NCBI RefSeq assembly: GCF_018977255.1
Contig: NW_024704742.1
Coordinates: forward strand, 108,440,001 to 108,504,000
Reading direction: 5' to 3'
DNA from: Callorhinchus milii
Taxonomy: Eukaryota
Length of the DNA: 64,000 bases
In this document: piece by piece, positions 12,791 through 24,228 of the stretch
How the letters are laid out: every line of letters starts with the position of its first letter
Numbering within the stretch: position 1 is the stretch's first letter
Notes under the pieces: model-generated
What the model saw: the letters and a program-made list of their open reading frames with translations, nothing else
Database searches by the model: none
Told to the model about the DNA's origin: nothing
Translations under genes and position numbers: made by a program

Positions 12791-13634
12791 CTCTTGTTCT
12801 GGTCTTTGTCTTTATAACTACTATTATAGAATCCATAATAGGTGTTAGACAGGTTTGCTGCATAGTTCAGGTTCAGATTGTACTTTTGTCCTTTTAATAA
12901 GTTGGGAGTGACCTTGATTGCAATTTGCGCCCTTGGTATATACTCCAAAACCTTGACAGCCATCGGCTGGCCTCCCACTTCTGGAGCCAAAGTTGCTTCA
13001 GTGTAGTGGAGACCCGAGCTATGGAGAATGATGCTGTCTGTGTTTTCCTTGACTTCGAGATGTATCTCCACTGAGCCCGTGAACGTCAAGGTAGTGAGAT
13101 TGGGATGCAAAACAAGAACATAACGGACTGGTACAACAGCATTAGGCAGTCTCATCTTTGCCCAAGGAAATACCTTGCCATCGGCTGTCATGGGAAATAT
13201 GGGGGTCAAAGTTGTGTTCTTTTTATGACAGCCTTCTTTGGTGAAGGTACATTTTGGCAGAAAGTAGGCGACCATTGCTACAGAGAGTATGATCACAAAA
13301 ACAAACGCTCCCACTATTATGGTCCGAGCAGATGTTGAGCAAGATCCCCCCGATGTTTCCCTGTTATAGCCCCCTGCTAAGTTATTGCGGTGGTTGGAAC
13401 TCCTGTTCATGAAGGACATGCCCAATAATCTTGCAGAGGATTCGTAATCTTCTTCATCATCTTCAAGATCGTGTTCTCCCAGACCCCGCACGAGCAAGCG
13501 TGAGCTGTGTGGCTCGTACTCAACCTCATCTGGCTCCAGGGGATGAAGACGCGGTTCCTTGGCCAAATCGACCACGTCTGGCTCTTCCTCAAACATGCTG
13601 TTTTCAATCATGTTTCTGGGCAATTGAGCTCGCT
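12791..13634 (-). CDS. LNPEP: LNPEP exon 2: cytosolic tail, transmembrane helix, start of M1 domain I
   Basis: Acceptor ttgcag|AG, donor AG|gtaatg, 844 nt. Translation PRNMIENSMFEEEPDVVDLAKEP..SRLLVRGLGEH..ESSARLLGMSFMNRSS..TM..LPKCTFTKEGCHKKN..FPWAKMRLP..HPNLT is unmistakably IRAP. Confidence 0.98.
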
Positions 13635-13680
13635 CTGCAAGACAAAATGGATTTGAATGGATAAGGCATCATATGCAAAC

Positions 13681-13792
13681 TCTGGTCAGGTTGGTTCCTT
13701 TGCACATCTGCACAAATTGACCCACACTTAGATCTCCATCAGGCTGTAAGTGGACTCTATTCTGGGTGTGAATCATCATCATTTCCATCCAG
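13681..13792 (-). ncRNA. Candidate intronic C/D-box snoRNA-like sequence
   Basis: Sense strand: ctgg..ATGATGA (box C)..CTGA (D')..CAAAGGAACCAAC-CTGA (D)-ccag. Unverified. Confidence 0.25.
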
Positions 13793-15195
13793 TTCCAACG
13801 GGAAAATGCCCTTGATTAATCCTTGCACTTTGCGTTTGATTTTTTTGTGATTCTGTATATACAAATTCATACAATTGCAAGAACAACTTGCATTGACATA
13901 ACATTTTCATGTAGGGAAATGTCTCAGAGCACTTTACACCAATGCACCCCATCCCCTCATCAATCGAAACACCAAATTCGTGAGCCAGATCTGAACCTGT
14001 ACTAGGAGTTCACTTCAGGTCAGCCCAAAAGATGACTGTTACAAACCAGTTACTTGATATCTTACAAATAATAAAACCCATTCAGCCACTTATATTTATT
14101 GATTATGACTAGAAATTGCCAAACAGCAACTCATTCTTACTATTTCTATGCTGAAAAGGAGACCTTGTTCATTAATTACCATTTCAGTACTTTGGAAATA
14201 GTGTGTTACAGTACTATATTTCAGACAGGAGGAGCATTAACTAGCAGAGCAAATCAAACTAAAGGCAATTCTAAGTATCCACAAGCAGTGAACTGGGATT
14301 CTAGTGGGAATTCTGCCCTTTTCTATATACTGTGCAATAAAGGAAAAGAGCATCATCATCTGCCAGAGTGAATTACCGTCCGCTTGGAATTACTGTACCA
14401 ACAGGAACACAATCTGCTTCTGCTCTGATAAACTTTTTTGAATTCAACCAATAAGTTCTGAAAATGTTTCAGTAATGGTGACGCATAAAACAAATAGCTA
14501 AATTATGCATCTAGCAATCTGGAGCACAATACAGAAAGTTCCATTCCAACAGAGGCCACGATTATACTGTACTGTATATTTTTAATACTTGGACAGAATA
14601 AGAGGTGCTAATTTCAGTCCAATTTGAAACTTTTCCAAGTTTATAAGAGCAGCCCATTGTTGGGAGTTAAGTAGAGAATTCAATTGACTTGGTCACTGAT
14701 GCAATTCATGTCATGCTCTAAGTGTCTTAGCAAAGGAGTACTTCTTTGATTGCTTGGCTGGATTGCATTTAGATTTGTTGAGGGTAAGCAACAATCCATA
14801 CCTAAAAACATTACTTTTTTAAACCAGCAATTAAAAATATAAGCCGTTCCTTTTCCTCAGTCACCACCTAGCCTTCATTGAATGCTTTGACTTGAGTTAA
14901 AATGTGAGCATATGCGGGAACCGGCTATCTGCTACCTGAACAAAGAACAATTAGAAAGGGCATTATTACTGAGCTCCCATTCGTTCCTCACCAGAGGTGC
15001 ACGAGAATGGCCACTCTTCAACAGAACACACAGGAGCAAGACATCAGGCTGATTCTCCCCTTACTAGCTAAAGAGACAATTGTAGCACCAATTCAATTCA
15101 CTTGACAATATATTCTGTGAAGCGCTTTGAGACCTCTCAATGACATGATAAGGCTCAATATCAAATTAAAGGATTATTATTATTATTATAATAAT

Positions 15196-15517
15196 GGAGT
15201 CCTGTAGCTCAGTGGTTAGAGCACTCGCTTTGCAAGCGAGAGACCTGAGTTCAATTCCAGGCAGGTCAGGGCGAAACCTTGGGCAAGTTTCCTTACTCCA
15301 CACGCCTAATAATAATCCCTCCAAAAACCAAAAACAATAATAAAATTGGTCATTTTCAATCTACGACTGTTTGTGGGACATTGCTGTGCGCAATTGGCTG
15401 CCGCGTTCGCCCACAAATATACAGTCAATTCACTTTACGGTGTGTTCTGTGCAGTGCTTCGGGACGTCCTCCCGACATGAAAAGCGCTATATCAAATGCA
15501 AGGATTATTATTATTAT
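15196..15517 (+). mobile_element. tRNA-Ala-derived SINE, short form, full length
   Basis: GGAGTCCTGTAGCTCAGTGGTTAGAGC..GTTCAATTCC head; (ATT)n tail; near-identical to other copies. Confidence 0.92.
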
Positions 15518-16729
15518 CTTAAATGTTAAGACTAAATGGTCTTACAGGCTCCGCACCCGCATCACACCAGTTCCAGTTGAATTGCAGAGGGATTAACTAG
15601 TTAGCTTGGTGGATCGATTGGTTAAGTCTGTTAGTGAATTCTTCAGCGGTTGATGAGGATTCTCCAGAAGCAAAGGGGAGGATCTCACACAGATGTTCCG
15701 AGACATTAAGATGAAAAACAATGGTGCTTTAATGGTGAAGCATTTTTTGAAACTATAAACACAGTATGATTCAGTGCTCCTGGAAACTAAACAGTAAGCA
15801 ACAGCATCGGCCCATCTTGACAATCGCCCAACATGACCAGATGCCACTCAGCCTCTGTCAAAACTAACCCGGAAAAAAGATCCGCCAATCGACTAATCGA
15901 CGGGTTCCGACTTACTGCTAGGTAAACAGAGGCGTGCGGGGTATGGAAACTAATGACACAATTGCCAAAATGTCCTGTTCTATCTTCTGAAATGTTTGTC
16001 ATTCAAACGGAACATAAATCATGTGAGTGAGCCACGGAGTGGGGGAAAAAAGAGGAATCATCACATATGTACACTCCATATTTGTCTCCATGTAAAACAA
16101 GCTGCAGCAGGAGTACGCCTGTTCCAGACATTTAACTCTTGCTGGGAGCATGCAAATATTCCCCCAAATTCTAATTTATTGGCTACTTCGCTCATTGCTG
16201 TTTACATTACAGGTGCATCACTACACCTATACCATGTTTAATAGTTGGCTAATCTGATACTTTCATATCTAATATGAAAGAAGCATCATTGAAATAGAGA
16301 AGGAAAAGACACTGGACAGAAAAAAGCCATGAGAATCTTTTACTCCAAAAAACAAATACATTCCTCATATCATGAAAAGCGATTTATCAAATGAAAGGAT
16401 AAGTAATCATTTTAAATAATAATAATAGTCCTTGCATTTGATACAGCGCCTCATCACGTCTCCAAGATGTCTCAAAGCGCTTCACAGAATATATTGTCAA
16501 GTGAACTGACTATATTTTTGTGGGCGAAACTCTGCAGCCAATTGCGCACAGCAGTGTCCTACAAGCAATTGAGGATTGAGTGATTTATTTATTTATTTAT
16601 TTTTGAAGGGAATATTATGACTGGAAAAGAGATCCACTTTTATGAACTAAATTAAAAGCTAAGAAAATTTTATCAGTACATAACTTTTATCCTAAAACCT
16701 CATATTAAACAAGAACAAATGACATTTGT

Positions 16730-17045
16730 ATAATAATAATAATCCTTGCATTTGATATAGCGCTTTTCACGTCGGGAGGACGTCCCAAAGCGCTTCACAG
16801 AACACACTGTAAAGTGAATTGATTGTATATTTGTGGGCGAATGCGGCAGCCAATTGCGCACAGCAATGTCCCATAAACAGTCGTAGATTGAAAATGACAA
16901 ATTTATTATTGTTTTTGGTTTTGGAGGGATTATTATTAGGCGTGTGGAGTAAGGAAACTTGCCCAAGGTTTCGCCCTGACCTGGAATTGAACTCAGGTCT
17001 CTCGCTTGCAAAGCGAGTGCTCTAACCACTGAGCTACAGGACTCC
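16730..17045 (-). mobile_element. tRNA-Ala-derived SINE, short form, full length
   Basis: Reverse complement of the 15196 copy; abuts an L2 tail. Confidence 0.92.
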
Positions 17046-17500
17046 ACCTTTCACATAGTGCCTTTCACATCGGGACGACGTCCGAAGGCGCTGGACAGTC
17101 AGGGATTTGGACACCAGCTGGGGGTTGGGATCAGGAGGGTTGGAAGGCAGGGAGGGTAGGAAGGTGATCGAAGGCGCGATCGAAGAGGAGGGTCTTGAGA
17201 CGTGCCTTGAAGGAGGCAATGGAGGGAGCAAGGCGAAGGGACTGTGGGATGGGCGTTCCAAAGGGTGGGGACAGAGAGGCAGAAGGTCCGACAATGGTGG
17301 GGTGGGCCGGGCGGGGTCATGGAGCAGCCTGGTGAATGGAGGAAGCGGACAGGCCAATACAGTGTTAAGTCACAGAGATAGGGAGGAGCAAGGCAATGGG
17401 AGGGCCTTGAAGGCAAGGATGAAAATTTTGAACTCTATCCTCTGGGAGATGGGAGTGGTGCTGGGGTTGCTGAGGTCAGCGAGCCTGGTGCGGGAGAGGG
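17046..17500 (-). mobile_element. L2 3' fragment
   Basis: Homologous to the 3' end of 45466-46795. Confidence 0.8.
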
Positions 17501-17564
17501 AAATCAGAGGGAGGCACAGAAGTTAAATTGTATTGTAAATTATATTGAATAGATGAGTGATACA

Positions 17565-18567
17565 ATACAAAATTACATTGGTAAAGCGCCTCTCACATCG
17601 GGAGGACGGCCTAAAGCACTGAACAGTTGGGGATTAGGACCCGAGGGTGGCACGAGGGGGATCAGAAAGGGTGGAGGGCGGGAAAGGTGGTGATAGGTAG
17701 TTAGCTGAACAGAAGGGTCTTGAAGCATGCCTTGAAGGAGGGAGCAAGACAAAAGGAATGGGGGATGGAGTTCCAGAGGTTGGGGGCAGAGAGGCTGAAG
17801 GCCCGATCGCCGATGGTGGGGCGGGCCAGGTGAGCCTGCTGAGCGGAGAGAGTGGACAGGTTGATAAGGGGTCAGCAGATTGGAGAGGTAGAATGGGGCA
17901 AGGCACTGGAGGGCCTTGAAGGTGAGGACGAGAATTTTGAACTCTATCCTCTGAGTGATGGGGAGCCAGTGGAGCCGGGCGAGGGTGGGTGTGATGGGGT
18001 CACGGAGCCTGGTGAAGGAGCTTCAGAGTTATGGATGATCTGCAGCCTGTGGAGGGAAGAGTTGGGAAGGCCAACAAGCAGGGAGTTTGCATAGTCAAGG
18101 CCAGATGTAACAAATGCATGAATGAGGATCTCGGGAGGCCTGAGGGGATAGACAGTGGCAGTCGGACGATGTTTGCGAAGGTTGGGGAAGGCAGAGTGGG
18201 TCATGGCACAGATGTGGGGTAGAAAGGACAGTTGAGGGTTAAACAAGATGCCAAGGTTCCAGACTGGCCTAGTGAGGTGGATGCTGTCAGTGCCTGACGT
18301 GAGGAGTCGCTGACAGGAGCCAATCAGGAGAGCCTCGGTCTTGTTGACTTCAACTGTAGAAAGTTAGCTCTCATCCAGGACTTGATGTCTGACAGACATT
18401 CTGTCAGCACAGCAGTGGTCCTGGAGTCAAGGCTGGAGGCAGTGAGATAGTGTTGGGTGTCATCCCCATACATGTGGCAGTTGACCCCATGTCTATAGAT
18501 GATGCCACCAAGATGTACATGCTCCCTCTTGGTGGTGGGAGGAGAGGACCAAGGACAGAGTACTGAG
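17565..18567 (-). mobile_element. L2-clade LINE fragment
   Basis: HMYGDDTQHYL, LIHAFVTSGLDYANSLLVGLP; frameshifted. Confidence 0.9.
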
Positions 18568-19809
18568 GAATGTATATTAAAATCCAACAGATCTTGCACG
18601 GAGTAACTACAATACTTTAAAAATGCTTAGTTGGTGCAATATTCACATTTGTAAATAATAATAATCCTTGCAGTTGATATAGCACTCAAAGCGTTTTACA
18701 GGATATACTGTAAAGTGGACTGACTGTGTATTTTGTGAGCACATCATGTTAGCCAGTTGTCACTGATCCACAAACAGCCATGATCAGTGCATGATCTATT
18801 TTATTTGGGAGATTGATTGTTGGCCAAGGCATCGGGAAAAACTCACTTCTCTTTTCATATAGTGTCATGGATCTTTAACATCGACCTAAACAGGCAACTG
18901 AACTGAACTTATGTGGGAGTGGGTGGAAACTCATGTGGAATATAAACACTGGCACAGACTAGTTGGGCTGTACAATCTATACAAATCTATGTGAAGCACA
19001 ATCTTTTTTTTGTTGCAATGACTTGCCATCCAATGAAGTAGCCCTGAATGGCTACCCAGAAAAGCATGTAAGCTTGAAGTAATTCAATGAACCATTTCAT
19101 CAGAACTTTAAGCGCAGTGTCGGAAAATGTGTGGGCTGCACGCCACTCCTCGTCTCAATACCGTTTTTCCACTGTTTATCATCTCTTCAGAATGGAAAAA
19201 ATGCATCTGCAAAAGGTTAAGTGGCTGATTCCTAGTAGTTACACTGATACTGTTTAATCAGTAATCTGACTGGTTCCATTGGAATGGAAAACACTGAGTA
19301 GTTTTTAAATCCCCCCACCCTCCCCCCAGACCGTGTTCAAACAATGAGAGGATAAAATGCAACATGATGGGGAAAAAAAGCCAAATCTGTTGGAATCTTT
19401 TGTATTCCTAAAGGATAAAAGGCTTGTGGAATAAGTTACGAGTTTAGATCATTCAAATGTAGACATGTAGAGTTGATTGATATGGTAAGAAGGCAGGTGA
19501 TAGATGGAGTTCAAGACAAACTGAAAATCGACAGACTCGTAGGACCTAGTGGCTTTCTCAGTTTCTGGATATTATTTTCTCACATTAAAGTTTTAGAAAA
19601 CACCATTCTGATTTGATCCCTCCAGTTCCTCTCGTATCTACTAATCAATCTCTTCCTGGTTGTCATCCAAGTGAACCTCTTCCGTATCCTCTCTATAGCC
19701 TTGATCCTTCCTAAAATGGAGAGCCCAGAACTGGACACAATACTCAACTATGGCTCTAACCAATAATTAGCATGAAATCTTTGCTTTTATACTCTATCCA
19801 CCCATTTGT

Positions 19810-20119
19810 GGAGTCCTGTAGCTCGGTGGTTAGAGCACTCGTCTTGCAAGTGAGACACCTGGGTTCAATTCCCGGCAGGGCTAAAACCTTGGGCAAGTTT
19901 CCTTACTCCACACGTCTAATAATAATCCCTCCAAAACAACAGTAATAAATTGGTCATTTTCAATCTACGACTGTTTGTGGGACACTGCTGTGTGCAATTG
20001 GCTGCCCCGTTTCGTCCACAAATATACAGTCAATTCACTTTACAGCATATTCTGTGAAGCGCTTTGAGACGTCTAGAAGATGTGAAAAGCGCTATATCAA
20101 ATGCAAGGATTATTATTAT
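19810..20119 (+). mobile_element. tRNA-Ala-derived SINE, short form, inserted in a CR1 remnant
   Basis: Full head and tail; flanks resemble minus-strand CR1 sequence (~19610-20190). Confidence 0.9.
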
Positions 20120-23100
20120 AAACCTAAGATTTCATTAACTTTCATGACAACTTTATGAGCTTGCCATCCATTTTCAATGATTTGCCAATCAATTCTGAAC
20201 TGCTCTGTCTTCTGGCAAATGGGTTAATAAATTAAATATCAGTGTTTTGGGCCCACATTATTTTGGCCGTGACTAGTCGTTAGTGGGAGAAAGTCCTGGA
20301 CCGTGAAGAACAAACCAGCAAAATGGCTGTCAGTAACCAGATTATTTTAATTTCATTTACTTCCTATCAGGAGAAAATTAATTGGGATGAGATGATTACA
20401 AGTCAAGCTACAGACATTGAACTTTAACTACATAGTCAAAGGATAGAGATAAATCTTTAGGCATCGTAACCCAAACAGTTTAAGAAAAAATAGGTTGAGG
20501 ATTGCGACTAAGACCAAACCTTAAAGATCTAAGGTTAGGCCAGTTTGGAGAAATGAAAAGAAGAGGTTTATGGCAAAATCTCACTAATTTCCAACACAAA
20601 CGTTGGCATGTACAAAAACTTACATTCATATAGCGCCCTCCATGCAAGGTAACATCTCGGAGTGCTAAACAGTGGCAGAGCTTGACGTCAATCCAGGGAG
20701 AAAGGGGAGATGACCATGTGCATGGTCAAAGAGGAAGGTTTTCACGTATGGCCTGAAGACGGGCAAGCAGAGGGCAAGGCGGAGGGATTGAGGCAGAGAA
20801 TTCCAGAGTTTTGAGGTGTAGTGGCTGTAAACAGGCTGCTGATAGTGAAGGGGATGAGGGAATGCATGTGGCCAGAGCCAGTTGAGCAAAGTGGCTGGGT
20901 AGAGGAGTGAGGTGTAAGCAGGTCAGAGAGATAGCCCGTTACGAGGGCATGAAGTGATTTGTTTGTGAGTGTGAGGTTGTTGAAATCAATCTGTTCTGTA
21001 ATAGGAAACCAGTGGAGCCTGGCAAAGACTGGGGTGTTGGGGTATGGAATTTGGTGCAGGTGAGAATACAGGTGGCGGAGTTTTGAATGAATTTGATTTA
21101 TGAATAGTGGCACTTACCAAACATTAGCACATACAACAACTTTCATGCAGGATAGTATCTCAAAGCACACATAGGAACAACATGCAGGACTGGAAAAGGC
21201 CAATCAATCCATCTGGTCACACCCAAACATTCGAATGGCATCAAAGGGATATGATTATATAAGTAATCTTCAACCTCTGCCGGAAAGTACTAAGCAGTCT
21301 GGATCACACCACAAACATTATGAAGCCAATTTATATTCATACAATACCTTTCAAAGCAGGATGACATCTCAAAGTGCTTCACACGACTGACTGGTAGTCC
21401 GAACTTTGAGGGGAAGGAAGCTGAAGGAAGGTGGCCGAAAGCATAGTCAAAGTTAAGGCAGGTTTTGAAGACAGGGGAAAGGCAGAGAGACTTCACACCC
21501 CTGTAGGAAACAGGCCCGATTACGCCACAGTAGAAAAAGCAACAATAACAATATTAGTTGTTTTTTCTATGGGGGTGTGAGCGTGTTTGTTTCCACCAAC
21601 TATGTGAAGGATGCAGATTGTACACCCTACCATCCAGACATTAGGGTAGCTGTGTAAGTGATATGTATATGTTTTTGTGATATTTACTACAATATACAAT
21701 GTAATATGCATTTACATAGTACCTTTCACATCAGGAGGACATCCTAAGGCACATTTAGAGTGCAACATTGTCACACAAGCTGCTGACATGGTTAGGGTGG
21801 GGTGGGCAGACAGATGATTGAAAGCACTGTCAAAGAGAGCTATTTTGAGACATGCCTTGAAAGATAGGAAGATAGGAAGGAGGGAGTCAGAGGGACTTTG
21901 TGATGGTATTCTCCAGAGAACTGGGCAGGATGGCTGAAAGCCTGTTTGGCGATGGTTGGGTGGGTAGGTCGGAGGACGTGAAGTAGGATGTCTCAGCGGT
22001 AGGTTGGGGTGAGACCATGGAGGGATTTAAAAATGAGAATGAGGATTTTGAACTCAATCCTTTGGGGGATGAGGAGCCAAATGCGGCCAAGTGAGGATGG
22101 GGGTGTTGGGCTTTCTAAATCAATATGAAATTCCAGGGGAACATAAAAATCTATTCAACAGAAGCTGAATGAATGTACTAAATAAAGATGGCACACACAC
22201 CAAAAAGACACTAAACACACAATGAAAATTCAGCTGTTGACAGCCATTCAAAGTAGCAGAAATTAAAATGGTGTCAGTTTGTATACCGGCCTTCTATGCA
22301 ATAGGTTTAAACTAATCTTATGCTTGTATATATTATGTATGGTCTTAGTGCCTTCCAAGTCTTCCCTGACTGATATGTATATGCACTGTGGTATTTACTA
22401 CAACAGTATAAAAGGCAATTTACATTTACATAGTGCCTTTCACATCAGGAAGACATCTTGCTATATTGGAATACACACATATCCAATAAATTCGAGTAGA
22501 TAGAGGAGTTGTCCACAATTAAGTGAATTTCATTACGATATGATGACAGTTGACAGTAATGCAAGAAATGCATGGTCTAAGACTGCCTGCGGCCAGCCTT
22601 TGTAAAGCATATACGAGTTGAACAACAGGTGATTGAGAAAGACCAATAAATCTCCCAATATATAACATTTTAAACTGGAGGACCATTCAGTACAACTAAA
22701 TAAAGATGGCGCACACACCAAATAGACACTAAACACACGATGACAAATTCAGCTGTTGACAGCCATTCAAGTAGCATTTACTGTTCCTTTAGGACCTGGG
22801 TGTCAGGTTAATTTTCGGCTTTGAAAGTTATCATGGCATAAAAGCAAACCACAAGCACTCTTTGTGCAAAATCTGCCGTATTCTAATAGTACATTTCACA
22901 CTCTCCCTGTATCTGCAGCAGTTGCTTATGAAGCTGCCCACAAAAAACACTTCCTGAAAGTGAAGAAACCTTATCAGTAATTAGTGCAAACAGATATCCT
23001 CTACCATACACCTGAATTAAATAAATGAAAAAGAGCCATCAGGTTTTGTATGGGCTGTACAGTATAGTGTAGTGCTTATCAGCAGTCTCTAAACTTTCCC

Positions 23101-23840
23101 ATTGCAACACCACTGGGATAATAATAATAAACCTAGCATTTGATCTAGCGCCTTTCACTTCAGGAGAACACCTAAAGTGCTTCACAGGATAGACTCTAAA
23201 GTGTAGTGACTTTAGTGTATTTTGTGGATGAATGGGAGGAAAATGTCTTTAAAGATCCTTACATAAAGCATCAAAAAGCATGTCCTGGCTTTTTCCTCCC
23301 ATGTTCCTCAATTTTATTCTCTCTTAACCACATGTCCAGTCTTTTTTTGAAAGTACATATGGTTGCCACCTCAACAATTGATTGCGGTAGAGAAAAACAG
23401 CATCCTGAAACCTGACTCAAACATTTTATTATGTGATGTCTTACTAAGTGCTTTTTAAACAGGAATCAGATCCTGAAACTAGGACCTTGGACGGGTCTGT
23501 TTTATTTTGATAAGCATCCCTAGTAATCATTTCACATTGTGCTTGCTTGAGCCTGACTGCACCATCTGTCACAGGCAGGAGTCATACACTGCATTTGACC
23601 AATCTCCTCAGAAAGCAAACAAACCTTGTATTACACTCCATAACTAACATTTGTTTTTGGTGAGTGAGGTCGTCCCCAATCACCCCCCACTAAGCCAAAT
23701 TAAACTGAATCACTCTCCGCAAAGTGGAACTTGCGTTGCCCCCAAGGGAACCCGTATGCTCACCCAAATCTGGGTCCCTGATTGTCAAAGTACAACGCGG
23801 ATTCAATTTCATGCATCATGACCACTCGGGCAAATCAAGT

Positions 23841-24228
23841 AATAATAATAAATAATAATCCCTGCAGTTGATATAGAGCCTTATCATGTCTTCAAGACGT
23901 CTCAAAGTGCTTTACAGAGTATACTGTAAAGTGAATTGACTGTATATTTTGTGGGTGAAACACGGCAGCCAATTGCGCACATCGACGTCCCACAAACAGT
24001 CATGGATTGAGTGAACAAATTATTTTTTTAATTTTTTTTTTAAAAACGGATTATTACCCCCAGAAAAACGATCCGCCAATTGACTTACAACCGGGTTCAT
24101 AATTACTGCAAGTTAAACAGAGGAACATGGAGTAAGGAAACTTCCTCAAAGTTTCAGCCTGCTCGGGAATGGAACCCAGGTCCTCTCTCTTGCGAATCGA
24201 GTGCTCTAACCGCTGAGTTGGAGGACTC
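23841..24228 (-). mobile_element. tRNA-derived SINE, long form
   Basis: Reverse-complement homologue of 12078-12460. Confidence 0.85.

Noticed and set aside
15196..15270. tRNA-Ala(TGC)-like sequence (also at 17045, 19810, 37594, 60162)
   Set aside because: It is always followed by the same SINE body and (ATT)n tail, so it is a SINE head, not a tRNA gene.
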